DNA of 64,000 bases from Candidatus Thorarchaeota archaeon SMTZ1-45 (GCA_001563335.1 LRSL01000109.1:32001-96000); one strand, 5' to 3'; shown: positions 48,906 to 60,238, counted from the stretch's first letter. A program made the numbers and translations. Notes: generated from the letters alone by a model not told the origin.

Positions 48906-49256
48906 TTGAGTCTCGATGGGGACCTCCTATCTGCATTGGTAGGACTCATGGAAGAGGACCGTGAGACCATGGTCCCCACACGACTCTCTGTTTTGGTCTA
49001 CCTGTATTTCACGCAACATGCGACATTCCCTGTCCTTCAGAAGAAACTTGGGCTCACATCAGGGAATCTGTCAAGCCATCTAAGAAAGTTGGAAGAATTA
49101 GGTCTGATTCGAATCTCAAAGAGATTTGTCGATCTCAAACCTACAACCTTCGCAGTTCTGACCAAGGAGGGAGCTGAGCGTGTAAGGACACAGATGGTTC
49201 GTATGCGTGAGCTTGTTTCGATGGTTGTGGATAAGGAACCACAATCAAATGAGTAG
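48906..49256 (+). CDS. Winged-helix transcriptional regulator
   Basis: LGLTSGNLSSHLRKLEELG. Confidence 0.88.
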   Translation: MSLDGDLLSALVGLMEEDRETMVPTRLSVLVYLYFTQHATFPVLQKKLGLTSGNLSSHLRKLEELGLIRISKRFVDLKPTTFAVLTKEGAERVRTQMVRMRELVSMVVDKEPQSNE

Positions 49257-49577
49257 TTTTTGCAGCTTCAATAGATCCGGTACTTCGCCCTTTGTCTTGA
49301 GTTTCCCAGCGGAATATGCAGCCATAGGGCTCTCTGTTTTCTCTATGATTGCAAAGAACACATGGGAGTCCATCGTTACTTGGAGCTCTGCATCAGTTTC
49401 TCCCTCTGCTACCTCAAGGAGTTCCGCATCACCAATCTTCATGAACATCTTGGTATCAATATCAGGAAAGATGAACTGAAGCGTCTTGTTGTACTCCTTG
49501 AACCTACGCTGGATTTTTGGGTCTTCAAAACGTTCTCCAAGAGTATGAAGCATCGCTATTATCTTCTCTTTGGTCAT
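49245..49577 (-). CDS. SCP2 sterol/lipid-binding domain protein
   Basis: SPMAAYSAGKLKTKG. Confidence 0.88.
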   Translation of the reverse strand: MTKEKIIAMLHTLGERFEDPKIQRRFKEYNKTLQFIFPDIDTKMFMKIGDAELLEVAEGETDAELQVTMDSHVFFAIIEKTESPMAAYSAGKLKTKGEVPDLLKLQKLLI

Positions 49578-49681
49578 ATAGACACCAAATTAAAGAATCG
49601 TAATTACCGAGTTATAACTTTCCCGACCGTGAAATTAATACAGGGGTTCCCAAAAAAAGCGATGATGAGGAGTGATACCTA

Positions 49682-50776
49682 ATGAGTGATGAAGATAACA
49701 CGGAATCGCATGATGCATCTAGACAATCGAAAAAGGCATTTTATGCATGGGCAGGAGCTCTGGTCTTTGCAATTTGCTTTACATACTTAATTTGGGCATT
49801 GGGTCCTCTGCTTCAACCATTCATTTCAACATTCATAGAGCAAGACCCAGGAGCAGACTATTACTACTGGCAGCTCACGACTCGAGATTTCATGACAATG
49901 TTCATTGTTTGGAGTTTTTATCTTGCACATCAGTTTTCAATCTGGGGTGCAATCTTCTGGGCACAAAGAAATCTAACTGAACTTAAGACAAAACCAACGA
50001 CTAGTTTGACAAGGTACAATTGGTTTACATTGCTCATCAATGGAGCGTTCATTATCCTTCATTTAGTTCAAACCCACATATGGTTTGATGGGTTGGCACA
50101 AGATGTTCCGATTTGGACAAGTCAGGGTTCTGTCATAATAATGCTCGTTCTCATCTTGATCATCGAGAATCCGCGGCGCGGACTATTCATGGGTCGAAAA
50201 CTAGGCAAACCAATGACAGCACAAGTTTCAGGCTTCTTCCGAAGAAATCATCAATATGTCATTGCGTGGGCTCTTGTCTACACCTTCTGGTTCCATCCGA
50301 TGACTTATGATCCCCAATTATTGACTGGCTTCTTCTACATGTTCCTGCTATTCACCCAAGTTTCCTTAGCATATACAGTGGTCCATGTCAACCGTGGATG
50401 GGTGGTCTTGCTAGAGAGCTTTGTTGGAGTGCATGCGTTCTTTGTGGCGGTCTACAACACACTCATGACCCCGATTAGTTCCAGTGATATGTGGCCAATG
50501 TTTGCGTCCGGTTTTGCATTCATGTTTGTCTTCACATACATGTATGCCTTCAAAGTAAGACGAGAAGTGCGGCTTGCTGTGATATTAGCATACTTTGGAG
50601 CGCTAACATGGATTTACCTTCCAAGTTCAATCGGTGGATATGGAAGAGAGATTAGTAGATTAATGATGCTTGAGTTTCTCTGGATACCAATCATACTTTA
50701 CCTACTCGCAATCGTTTTCTCTGCAATTGTTTATCCCTATGTTAAACGAAAAAGAAGTGTTCAAGTACAGGAATGA
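49682..50776 (+). CDS. Integral membrane protein of unknown function
   Basis: About 9-10 TM segments; HLVQTHIWFDGLAQDV and YTFWFHPM. Confidence 0.8.
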   Translation: MSDEDNTESHDASRQSKKAFYAWAGALVFAICFTYLIWALGPLLQPFISTFIEQDPGADYYYWQLTTRDFMTMFIVWSFYLAHQFSIWGAIFWAQRNLTELKTKPTTSLTRYNWFTLLINGAFIILHLVQTHIWFDGLAQDVPIWTSQGSVIIMLVLILIIENPRRGLFMGRKLGKPMTAQVSGFFRRNHQYVIAWALVYTFWFHPMTYDPQLLTGFFYMFLLFTQVSLAYTVVHVNRGWVVLLESFVGVHAFFVAVYNTLMTPISSSDMWPMFASGFAFMFVFTYMYAFKVRREVRLAVILAYFGALTWIYLPSSIGGYGREISRLMMLEFLWIPIILYLLAIVFSAIVYPYVKRKRSVQVQE

Positions 50777-50804
50777 GGGAAAGAGATTCCCTCATTCTAC
50801 CTTT
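50771..50804 (+). terminator. Intrinsic-type terminator
   Basis: GAATGAGGGAA-N5-TTCCCTCATTC 11-bp stem, then a pyrimidine run. Confidence 0.7.
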
Positions 50805-51026
50805 TACTTGTGGCTCCCAGAAGTCTGTTCACAGTAAAGTCCAACACAATTTGTTTATTCAGACTGAGGGTTGATTCAAATTCATGTAGTTATATGAAGC
50901 AATGATGAGAGTAACTAGAACACGTGTTCTGAAAATTGAAATTAACGCTGTGAAGCCCCTGTCAGAAAGATTATATCGCCCATCACGATGGAGCCGATGT
51001 CACTACGGATCCTTGGAGAATGTTTC

Positions 51027-54000
51027 ATGGTCAGCGATTCAGCCGAAAAAACAAAACAGAAGACCAAGCCCACGGATGTACTTGTAATTGGAGGTGGTAT
51101 GGCTGGTATCAATGCAGCCCTTGGGCTGGCAAATGGTGGTCATGTAGCACACATGATTGAAAAGACAGTTGCCATCGGTGGTAACTATGTTGCAATCTAC
51201 AAGATTTTCCCAGCACTAGAGTGCTCAGCATGTGTAATGACTCCTCTGACATCTTTTGTTGGAAAACATCCGAACATCAAAATTCATCCTCTCGCAACAG
51301 TGGAAAAAGTGACAGGTGGAGAGGGTGACTTCACAGCCACGATTCGACAAAAGGCTCGGTACGTAAACCCAGATACATGTACAGGTTGTCAATTGTGTAT
51401 CAGGTCTTGTCCTGTTGAGGTGCCAAATGAATATGACTTTGGACTCTCACTCCGAAAGGCAATCTACATGAACTTTCCACAACAGATTCCGTTGTTGGCT
51501 ACAATCGATCGAGAGTCTTGTATAGGCTGTGGAACTTGTGCATCAGTTTGTCCAAATGATTGCATTATATATGATGATGAAGACAAAGTTTACGACCTCA
51601 ACGTTGGTTCAATCATTGTAGCCACTGGTTTTGAAGAGTACAAACCATTAGATTATGGGGAATATGGATATGGTGTATTTCCAAATGTTGTAACAGCATT
51701 AGAATATGATAGACAGACTCACCCAACTGGTCCAACAGATGCACACATGGTGCGACCTTCAGATGGAAAGGAACCTGAGCGAATACTGTTTGTGAACTGT
51801 GTTGGTAGCAGAGATGTCAGGGAGAATATCAGTGGTTATAGCAAACACTGCAACAGGGTATGTTGCTCATTTGGAATAAAACTAGCTCAGGTAACAAGAA
51901 TGCATTATCCAAAGGACCATTGCGAGATTATCTATACGTATATGGACATGCGGACAGCCGGGAAGGCTTTGGAAGAATTCCTCTGGGACTCGCAGAAAAA
52001 CCAAGGTATTAATTTCATTCGAGGACGTATTGCTGAAATACAGGAAGATCCAGATACACGTGATCTTTTCGTAAAGATGGAAGATACCGAATCTGGGAAA
52101 ATCATCGAGCTCGATAAAATATCGATGGTGGTCCTTAATTGTAGTTTCAGACCCAGTAAGGGTTCTGAGGAACTGGCAAAAATTCTCAAAATAGATCTTG
52201 ATGAAGCCGGATGGTTCAAAGAGAAACATCCCAATGCCGCCGCATTAGAAACTAATCGACCAGGCATATACATTGCAGGATGTGCGCATGGTCCAAAGGA
52301 TGGTACTGACTCTGTGAACGAAGGGAAAGGCGCTGCCATGGCGGCGCACTCGATTTTGCCAGTACCCACTCCAGAATCCCTACCGGAGATTCCTCCTGCA
52401 GAGGTTACTGATGAGCCACGTGTTGGTGTCTTCATTTGTCATTGTGGTGGGATTATAGGGAATGAGATAGACTCTCCAGGATTAGCAGAGTGGGCTAAGA
52501 ATTTACCAAATGTAGCATATAGTACAGATTATATCTTCATGTGCAGTGACCCAGGGCAGGAACTTGTTACTCAAGCCATAAAGGAACATAAGCTTAACCG
52601 TGTTGTTGTTGGATCCTGTTCACCCCTGCAACATGAACAGACATTCAGAAGTGCCTTAGAAGCAGCAGGATTGTCAGGATATTATTTAGTAGGACCAGTT
52701 GGTCTTCGGGAACAACTAGCACTTGTGCATACAAAAGCCCCACGTGACATGCGCCAAGAGAAAGCACAGGACATGATTCGGAGTGCAGTTGCGAAGGCAA
52801 TCAACAATGAGACTGTACCATTGAAAAAGGTCGAAGTCACGCGTGTTTCTATGGTGGTTGGAGGCGGTGTGTCTGGGATGACTGCCGCTTTGGATATTGC
52901 ACGAAAAGGGTTTGAGGTAATCCTAGTTGAAAAACAAGACCAACTTGGTGGAAGATTGAATGAACTGCATCGCTTGTTTCCAGCCATGGAATCAGCACAG
53001 GACATTGTTGATGACTTGAAAGCTAAGGTTGAAGCGAACAAACGAATTAAGTTGTTTCTAAATACAAAAGTTGTTGCCCGTGATGGTTCTTATGGTAATT
53101 ATGATATCACTGTACAAAATCTCAAAACAGGCGAGAGAAATGTGCATCGGATAGGTTCTATGGTTATTGCTGTTGGTACGGATGTTTATGAACCCAAGAA
53201 AGGGGAATATGGCTGGGAAGAGGTGCCAGCTGTGATCTCAACGCTTGAACTTGAAAGAAGATTGAGAAATGGCGACATAAAGAAAGCTCCAAAGAATCCC
53301 GTTTTCATCCATTGTGTTGGATCAAGACAAAACCCAGGTGAAGGAAACAGATATTGTTCTAGAGTCTGTTGTTCAGCAGTGATAACCATGCAGCATGAAC
53401 TCAAGGAGTTATTCCCTGATATCAAGATATTCTCAGCTTACAAGGAGCATATCCGTCCATTTGCAACAGGTATGGAGGAATTGTGGAGAGAGAATAGACA
53501 GAATGGTGTGGCATATTTACAGTGGGAGCGTGATAGACCTGTAACAGTTGAGAAAGACCCTGAAAATGAAGGAGCAATTGTCACAATATATGATATACTC
53601 TCCCAAGAAACATTCCAGATTAAATCAGAGCTTGTGGTATTAGCGTTGGGATTGGAAGCTCCTCATGACGTGAATGAGCTTGTCAAAGCAATGGGAATCA
53701 ACAGGGGTCAAGATGGATTCCTTTTGGAAATGCACATGAAATTCAGACCGGTTGAAACAACAGTCCCAGGTGTCTTTCTTGGTGTGACCTATGCGAAAAA
53801 TGTGAGTGATTCCGTGAACCAAGCACGAGGAGCAGCGAGCGAAGCCACTATTCCATTGAACTTGGGAACTGTGGAGATTGAACTTCTCACTGCAGAGGTT
53901 GATCAGGACTTATGTGTTGGATGTGACCTGTGTCATTATTCAGAAATTTGTCCATATGATGCTGTTTCAATGATTGAGATTGAACCAGGTGTCAAGAAGA

Positions 54001-54131
54001 GTGTCACTGACGAGATGCGTTGTGAGGGGTGTGGAGCATGTTGTGCTATCTGCCCTACTGGAGCACGAGACCTCCGTTGGTGGCGTGAAAAGAGTTTTCT
54101 TGAGCAGACCTCGGAGATGCTGAGGGAGTAA
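51027..54131 (+). CDS. hdrA: Large heterodisulfide reductase subunit A-like protein (two FAD modules, multiple 4Fe-4S)
   Basis: VIGGGMAG and VVGGGVSG; CSAC; CVGSR...CNRVCC; RVGVFICHCG; ferredoxin motifs. Confidence 0.92.
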   Translation: MVSDSAEKTKQKTKPTDVLVIGGGMAGINAALGLANGGHVAHMIEKTVAIGGNYVAIYKIFPALECSACVMTPLTSFVGKHPNIKIHPLATVEKVTGGEGDFTATIRQKARYVNPDTCTGCQLCIRSCPVEVPNEYDFGLSLRKAIYMNFPQQIPLLATIDRESCIGCGTCASVCPNDCIIYDDEDKVYDLNVGSIIVATGFEEYKPLDYGEYGYGVFPNVVTALEYDRQTHPTGPTDAHMVRPSDGKEPERILFVNCVGSRDVRENISGYSKHCNRVCCSFGIKLAQVTRMHYPKDHCEIIYTYMDMRTAGKALEEFLWDSQKNQGINFIRGRIAEIQEDPDTRDLFVKMEDTESGKIIELDKISMVVLNCSFRPSKGSEELAKILKIDLDEAGWFKEKHPNAAALETNRPGIYIAGCAHGPKDGTDSVNEGKGAAMAAHSILPVPTPESLPEIPPAEVTDEPRVGVFICHCGGIIGNEIDSPGLAEWAKNLPNVAYSTDYIFMCSDPGQELVTQAIKEHKLNRVVVGSCSPLQHEQTFRSALEAAGLSGYYLVGPVGLREQLALVHTKAPRDMRQEKAQDMIRSAVAKAINNETVPLKKVEVTRVSMVVGGGVSGMTAALDIARKGFEVILVEKQDQLGGRLNELHRLFPAMESAQDIVDDLKAKVEANKRIKLFLNTKVVARDGSYGNYDITVQNLKTGERNVHRIGSMVIAVGTDVYEPKKGEYGWEEVPAVISTLELERRLRNGDIKKAPKNPVFIHCVGSRQNPGEGNRYCSRVCCSAVITMQHELKELFPDIKIFSAYKEHIRPFATGMEELWRENRQNGVAYLQWERDRPVTVEKDPENEGAIVTIYDILSQETFQIKSELVVLALGLEAPHDVNELVKAMGINRGQDGFLLEMHMKFRPVETTVPGVFLGVTYAKNVSDSVNQARGAASEATIPLNLGTVEIELLTAEVDQDLCVGCDLCHYSEICPYDAVSMIEIEPGVKKSVTDEMRCEGCGACCAICPTGARDLRWWREKSFLEQTSEMLRE

Positions 54132-54135
54132 GTGC

Positions 54136-54708
54136 ATGGTTTCACTAGATGGTCTCCTGGCTGGATGGATTGTTCTAAATGAGTTATTGGGGGCCTTGAA
54201 AGAAAGAGATGTTTTCATCCCAGATTTGACCTACGCAGACTTAAGAAACTCAAAGATGAGTATCGAGTACCTACGTTCCTTTGAGAGTGAAATAAAATCT
54301 GGAGATCAGTGTGATGCTGACACTCAAATACAAATAGAGATGGAGCTCAAAATACAGCGTCTTCGAGATACGCTCATGATCTGGGCAGAGAAAACGGAAG
54401 GAGTAGAATACAGAAATTCATGGGAAACTCGCTTTGATGCAGCAATTAGAGGTGAGATTGAACAGTATGAGCCTGAACACCAAGTACACATCTCAGATAT
54501 TCCCAGAGAGCGGGATGTGGGATTTTTCAGAATCAAACTGCCAGAAGATATTCCAGTAGAGATTGTGTCGGAAATCGCAGAAGACTGCATGGTAAATATT
54601 TCACTTGATGGTAAACGACATCTGCAAGTCAGTGGAAAGAGAGAATGCGTCAGAAATGCCATGAAAAAGCTAGGTCAACTTTTCTATGGTGAAAGTAAGC
54701 TGCAATAA
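54136..54708 (+). CDS. DUF2096-like archaeal protein
   Basis: WIVLNELL...DLRNSK...IPR pattern. Confidence 0.6.
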   Translation: MVSLDGLLAGWIVLNELLGALKERDVFIPDLTYADLRNSKMSIEYLRSFESEIKSGDQCDADTQIQIEMELKIQRLRDTLMIWAEKTEGVEYRNSWETRFDAAIRGEIEQYEPEHQVHISDIPRERDVGFFRIKLPEDIPVEIVSEIAEDCMVNISLDGKRHLQVSGKRECVRNAMKKLGQLFYGESKLQ

Positions 54709-54723
54709 TGACCTGATGATTCT

Positions 54724-55599
54724 CTAGATGCCAAGAATTTCTTTGATGGGGTCCAAGGACACTCTGTTCAGTTCATATCCCAACGGTTCGGGATCGATTC
54801 CCATAGCAATACCTAACACTTGTGTAACAAACAATGCTGGCAGCTCCAGAGAAGTTCCATCATCATCCTTTAGACCTATTTGTTGTATATCGAATTGAGT
54901 GTGGCACGCTGGGCAGTTTGTAACAACACAGTTTGCTCCTGCGCCATTTGCTGAAATCATTTTTTCTTGAAGTATCTTTGTGGCAACCTCCTCGCTTGCA
55001 ATGAGGAGAGGTGAACCACAACAACGAAGTTTCATGTCCCAATGTACGCTTTTTGCACCTGTCAGCTCGATTAGCTCATCAACCTTTCGAGGTAGTTCAG
55101 GATCATCAAACTCAGCTACATTGGATGGACGAATAAGATGACAACCTGGGTGGAAGGCAACTTTTAGACCATCTAGGCGTTTGACAATCTTCTTCTCAAT
55201 ATCATCTTTCATGTCATAAAGGACTTCAACAAAATGACGAATCTTTACCTTTCCAGAGTACTGGAGACCTAGTGGTTTGAGAGTTTCGTTGACCTTCTTT
55301 CTATAGGACTCATCATCATGAAGCACATGATCGGTGTCCTTTAATGAGCCAAAACAACCGTTACAGGGAGTGACAATATCATGTCCTCTCTGCTCAGCCA
55401 GTGCAATGTTCCTGCCTGACATTGAAAGCCAGCTATTTTCATCTATTGACTTAAGGACTACAGTACCACAACATGATGCTCCATCAAAGTCTATCAGCTC
55501 AATCCCTAGATCCTTTGCGACTGCACGCATGGATGACTCATAATTATTGAATCTGCTTGGGATAGCACACCCGAGAAAGACTTCGTATGTCTGAGTCAT
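54724..55599 (-). CDS. hdrB: Heterodisulfide reductase subunit B
   Basis: FLGC, SCCG, TPCNGC, HPGCH, RCCG and CPAC (CCG domains). Confidence 0.93.
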   Translation of the reverse strand: MTQTYEVFLGCAIPSRFNNYESSMRAVAKDLGIELIDFDGASCCGTVVLKSIDENSWLSMSGRNIALAEQRGHDIVTPCNGCFGSLKDTDHVLHDDESYRKKVNETLKPLGLQYSGKVKIRHFVEVLYDMKDDIEKKIVKRLDGLKVAFHPGCHLIRPSNVAEFDDPELPRKVDELIELTGAKSVHWDMKLRCCGSPLLIASEEVATKILQEKMISANGAGANCVVTNCPACHTQFDIQQIGLKDDDGTSLELPALFVTQVLGIAMGIDPEPLGYELNRVSLDPIKEILGI

Positions 55600-56121
55600 T
55601 TACTCTTCCTCCTCCTCCAGATTCATGAGCTTCATCCTATCCAACATCTTCTTTGTGTCTGCAATGTTGAGTTCAGGGACCGGATCTAGCTCGAGGTCGT
55701 CGCGTTCCCAATCTGTTGGCTCGTAGAGCCTTCCTGTTTCATAGAGCGATTCCCTAGCACTGATATAGCCAGTAGGTCTAATCCCCTTCCTGAATGCCAT
55801 GTTCTTCAGACCAAAAAGAATGTCTGTGATGTCAATACCTTGTGGACATCGTTCTTGACATGTATAACATGTGGAGCATAACCAGACCATGTCGGTTTCA
55901 AGGACCGCCTCTAGTCCGAAGAGAAGCATTCTCATGACTTCATGAATCTGAATGTTCACTTTGTCGGAAACTGGGCAACCAGCGCTACATTTGGCGCATT
56001 GAAAACAAGCAGTGAGGTCTTTGCCTCCAATCAGGCTTGAAACCTTATTGGTGAATTCAGCATCAAGTGCTTTGAACTTCTTTCCCTCAAACGATTTGAA
56101 CTGACCCCAAGACTCTGTCAC
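55600..56121 (-). CDS. hdrC: Heterodisulfide reductase subunit C
   Basis: CFQCAKCSAGCP and CSTCYTCQERCP. Confidence 0.93.
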   Translation of the reverse strand: MTESWGQFKSFEGKKFKALDAEFTNKVSSLIGGKDLTACFQCAKCSAGCPVSDKVNIQIHEVMRMLLFGLEAVLETDMVWLCSTCYTCQERCPQGIDITDILFGLKNMAFRKGIRPTGYISARESLYETGRLYEPTDWERDDLELDPVPELNIADTKKMLDRMKLMNLEEEEE

Positions 56122-56122
56122 T

Positions 56123-59100
56123 TTATCGCCTCCTAGTTCTCAAAGGACTTGGTCCTAACTTATCTGCAAGTGCAGCATATTTCCTCACAGTTTCCGCCCA
56201 GATAGACCCCTCACTTGCACTTATGTGAGTGAATTGAAGGCGGTCAGGTTCAAGTCCAGCCTTCTCGATTATTTTCTTCGCGATGACAAATCTACGCTCA
56301 AATGAGATGTTACCATCAACATAGTGACAGTCTCCAATGTGACATCCAGATATCCATACCATGTCAGCACCAAGTCTGAAAGCCTCTAACATGTGCTGCA
56401 CGCTTACTCTTCCTGTACACATAACACGGATGTCTCTCACATTTGGAGGTTGTTGAAAGCGGGATACACCAGCACTATCTGCTCCTGCATATGAGCACCA
56501 ATTGCAGAGTATTGTCAGAATCCTTGAATCATTTGCAGGCATGTTCTCCAAAGCAGTTCGTATTTGAGTGAGTATCTGGTCGTCGGTGAAGTGTTTCATT
56601 GTGATGGCACCAGCAGGACATCCTGCACCACATTTGCCGCAGCCTTGGCATAGTACTGGATTTGTGACTGCATAATCATGGCTACCATCACCGGGAACTA
56701 CCTCAATTGCATTGTATGCACAGTTTATCTCGCAGGTTCCACAGCCCACACAGATCTCCGGATCCACAACTGAAACAATTGCCTCAGCTTTTCGAATTCC
56801 CTTGATGAGGGGTATCAATGCTCTTGAGGCAGCAGCCTGGCCCTCAGCAATAGACTCACTGATGCTCTTCGGAGCTGTGGCTGTGCCAGCTACAAAAACA
56901 CCATCAGTCTGAAAGTCTACGGGGCGTAGCTTAGGATGCGCTTCCATGAAGAATCCCGACAGGTTCAAGGGCACCTTAAACAGCTCAGAGATTTCTTTGT
57001 TCGGGCGGGGCACCATAGCAGTAGCGAGTACTGTATGATCAACATCAATCGTCAGCTCAGCACCCAATACTTGGTCCATTACTGTGACACTCAGTGCTTT
57101 CTCTTTTCCTTTCTTGACCTCGGGTGGTGAGTCCTTGTCAAATCTTACAAATACAACGCCTTTCTTCCGAGCTTCACGGTACTTGTCCTCAGCATCATAG
57201 AAGACTCGTAGGTCTCTGTAGAAATGAAACACTCTTGAGTTTGGATACTTCTCAAGTAGCTCCAATGAATGCTCTAGAGCAATCATACAACAGATACCTG
57301 AACACCATGTACGGGAGCCTTCGAGTGATGCATCCTCACGAGACCCAGCACAGTGAATTACTGCAAATGTTTCTCCATCTTCAATACCTTCACCACTAGC
57401 TATTCGAGTATTGAACTCAACCTCAGTCATTACCTCAGGAAGTTTGTTAAGACCATAGAGACCTTTCTCTTCAAGTGCGACTGCCCCAGTGGCAACAATA
57501 ACAATGCCAACTGTGAGAGTTTCTTTCTTTGCTCCAGTCTTAATAACAACCTCAAACTCACCAATTGAGCCTTTTGCATCGACGACCTCAGAGTTCAGAA
57601 GGAGATGGATGTTCTCTTTCCCACTTATTCTATGTTCATAATAAGCCACGATCTCTGAGGCTGGTCTGTTATTGAAATTCACAGTAGCAAGTTCATTCAG
57701 GAACCCACCTACCTTGTCCTGTTTCTCCACCAGGTAAACATTGAACCCCTTTTGAGAGATTACTTCAGCAGTAGCCATCCCCGAAACGCCAGCCCCTATG
57801 ATAAGAACAGAGGGTTCAATCTGTGTGACAGCTTCCTCCTGCGCCTCCAACAGTTTGGCTCGAGCAACTGACATCCGCACCAAGTCCATCGCTTTTGAGG
57901 TTGCTTCATCTTTGTCAGCTTGATGCACCCAAGAGCAATGCTCACGAATGTTAGCAAGTTCGAACAAGTACTTATTCAAGCCAGCTTCTTCGATTGTTGC
58001 TCTAAATAATGGTTCATGAGTACGTGGTGTGCATGATGCCACCACTAGACGGTTGAGTTTATGTTCCTTTATGGCCTCTTTGATGACAACCTGAGCATCT
58101 GAAGAGCATGAATAGAGAAGATTCTCTGCATAGACAACATTGGGAAGGGAACTTGCATACTCAGTGACCTCAGCAACATCTACAGTTCCAGCAATGTTAA
58201 TCCCGCAAGAACATATAACGACACCAATTCGGGGTTCAGCTGCAATGAGCTCTAAGTCTTCCTCTGTGAGCGCTTCTGTTTCTTCCCCCTGGGGAATAGT
58301 GATGTCCAGTGCGGCAAGAGCAGCTGCAGCACTGCCCTGAGCAACAGAGTCAGGTATGTCCTTGGGCATTTGAACTGCGCCACACATGTGGATTCCAGGT
58401 ACACCTGTTTCGGAAATCATCAACGAACTCAAATCAGGTTGTATGAAACCAGACTCATCTGTAGTGATACCAAGCTGCTCATTCAGTTTTGTATTCAGGG
58501 AGGGGATCATAGCAGGACACAGAACTACGAGGTCATACTTGTCAACGAGGACATTGTGGCCTTTTGCATCACTGTGACGAACTATGAGATCCTTGGTCCC
58601 ATAATCTTCTTGAATCTCACTCGGAATCCCCTTCACAAAGTGAATATCGTATTCGGTTTCAGCTCTAACAAGAAACTCCTCAAAGCCTTTACCAAAAGCG
58701 CGCATGTCATTGTACAGAATATCAATATGAACCTCAGGGGTATGTTCCTTAGTAATAATGGCTTCCTTAGTGGCGTATGTACAGCAAATCTTTGAACAGT
58801 AGGAACAGTGGTTGACGTCTCTGGAGCCCACACATTGTATGAAGGCAATCCTGTGCGGCTCACGACCATCGGAGGGCCTCATGACAATTCCACCAGTTGG
58901 ACCACTGGCTGACACCATTCGTTCATACTCCAAAGCACTAACAACATTGGGGAAACGACCATAGCCATACTCTGGTATAGTGGCTGGGTCTAGAAGTTCG
59001 TATCCAGTTGCTATGATGATGGAGCCAGCATTGATCACGACATGTTCATCAACAATATCAAAGACAATAGCTTCGGCCTTGCATGTCTTAACACATACCA

Positions 59101-59578
59101 TACATTCAATGCAGTTCTCATGGTCAATTGTTGCGATATTTGGAACAGCTTGAGGAAATGGAATGTAAGCTGCTTTTCTCATTTTGAGCCCAATATCATA
59201 TTCATTGGGCACTTCTATTGGACAGACTCTCTGGCAATCACCACAACCAGTGCACTTGTCAGCATCCACACGGCGGGTTCGTTTGAGTACTTCTACTCTG
59301 AAATCGCCTTGCTTACCACTAACCTTTGTAACTTCGGAGTAAGCCAAAATCTCAATATTCGGGTGACGTGAACAATCTACCATCCATGGTCCTTGAATGC
59401 ACATACTACAGTCCAATGTTGGGAAGGTCTTGTCCAATTGAGACATATGACCACCAATCGAGGGTTGTTTCTCAACAAGGAACACCTTGACTCCCATTTC
59501 AGCGAGGTCAAGTGCAGCGCGCATTCCTGAGATACCAGCTCCAATTATGACAACTGGTTTCGATATGGACTCAGCCAT
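56123..59578 (-). CDS. hdrA: HdrA-MvhD fusion protein
   Basis: LDKTFPTLDCSMC, two FAD motifs, and C-terminal MvhD CNWCSYAGAD...RVMCTGR...GCHIGDCHY. Confidence 0.94.
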   Translation of the reverse strand: MAESISKPVVIIGAGISGMRAALDLAEMGVKVFLVEKQPSIGGHMSQLDKTFPTLDCSMCIQGPWMVDCSRHPNIEILAYSEVTKVSGKQGDFRVEVLKRTRRVDADKCTGCGDCQRVCPIEVPNEYDIGLKMRKAAYIPFPQAVPNIATIDHENCIECMVCVKTCKAEAIVFDIVDEHVVINAGSIIIATGYELLDPATIPEYGYGRFPNVVSALEYERMVSASGPTGGIVMRPSDGREPHRIAFIQCVGSRDVNHCSYCSKICCTYATKEAIITKEHTPEVHIDILYNDMRAFGKGFEEFLVRAETEYDIHFVKGIPSEIQEDYGTKDLIVRHSDAKGHNVLVDKYDLVVLCPAMIPSLNTKLNEQLGITTDESGFIQPDLSSLMISETGVPGIHMCGAVQMPKDIPDSVAQGSAAAALAALDITIPQGEETEALTEEDLELIAAEPRIGVVICSCGINIAGTVDVAEVTEYASSLPNVVYAENLLYSCSSDAQVVIKEAIKEHKLNRLVVASCTPRTHEPLFRATIEEAGLNKYLFELANIREHCSWVHQADKDEATSKAMDLVRMSVARAKLLEAQEEAVTQIEPSVLIIGAGVSGMATAEVISQKGFNVYLVEKQDKVGGFLNELATVNFNNRPASEIVAYYEHRISGKENIHLLLNSEVVDAKGSIGEFEVVIKTGAKKETLTVGIVIVATGAVALEEKGLYGLNKLPEVMTEVEFNTRIASGEGIEDGETFAVIHCAGSREDASLEGSRTWCSGICCMIALEHSLELLEKYPNSRVFHFYRDLRVFYDAEDKYREARKKGVVFVRFDKDSPPEVKKGKEKALSVTVMDQVLGAELTIDVDHTVLATAMVPRPNKEISELFKVPLNLSGFFMEAHPKLRPVDFQTDGVFVAGTATAPKSISESIAEGQAAASRALIPLIKGIRKAEAIVSVVDPEICVGCGTCEINCAYNAIEVVPGDGSHDYAVTNPVLCQGCGKCGAGCPAGAITMKHFTDDQILTQIRTALENMPANDSRILTILCNWCSYAGADSAGVSRFQQPPNVRDIRVMCTGRVSVQHMLEAFRLGADMVWISGCHIGDCHYVDGNISFERRFVIAKKIIEKAGLEPDRLQFTHISASEGSIWAETVRKYAALADKLGPSPLRTRRR

Positions 59579-59882
59579 TGTTCTGTCACTCCGAAGAGGT
59601 ACCAGGTCGATTCAAGAATGCCCGATAAAATACTTCCCATCGGACAACAGATACAAAGAGCGATTTGACTCAAAATAATTGGCGCCAAACTTTGAGGGTT
59701 AACGATTTCTAACCCATGCACTTAATATTACACAGATAACGTCCAAGAATTATGAAGGCAACTAGGCTCTATACTCGAGCTTACCTAACACGAATAAAAT
59801 ACCGAGGGGAGGAAAATCGCCTTTATGACTTAGCTGAGATTGAGGTTACTAAGTTCTCAGCACCACCAAAGTATCATGAAAG

Positions 59883-60230
59883 ATGATTGTGGAAATCCAG
59901 GTAAGTCCCATACAACTAATCCCAATTGGTCTTCTATTCATTCTAGTTGGAGAACTCACAGTTCTCTTTGTCGAGCTTATTCCTACTATCATCAAGCGTT
60001 TCAAGACAAGAACTTTCATTTCACCTATAAGACTCTCAAAACAAGAGGAGGACATTCTAACATTTCGTACAAAGAAAGGTGGATCTTGTTCTAAGCGGGA
60101 AATCTATGAGGAACTTGATAAGTCACAGTCACTCGCTAGTACGATTCGTACTTCACTAGAAGAGAGAAAACTGATTCAGCATTTCAGAGAAGGTCGAGTG
60201 AACATGGTTCATATCATGGAAGAAATGTGA
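59883..60230 (+). CDS. Membrane-anchored winged-helix protein (possibly a truncated remnant)
   Basis: One TM segment, then KREIYEELDKSQSLASTIRTSLEERKLI...REGRVN. Confidence 0.55.
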   Translation: MIVEIQVSPIQLIPIGLLFILVGELTVLFVELIPTIIKRFKTRTFISPIRLSKQEEDILTFRTKKGGSCSKREIYEELDKSQSLASTIRTSLEERKLIQHFREGRVNMVHIMEEM

Positions 60231-60238
60231 TGTAACTT

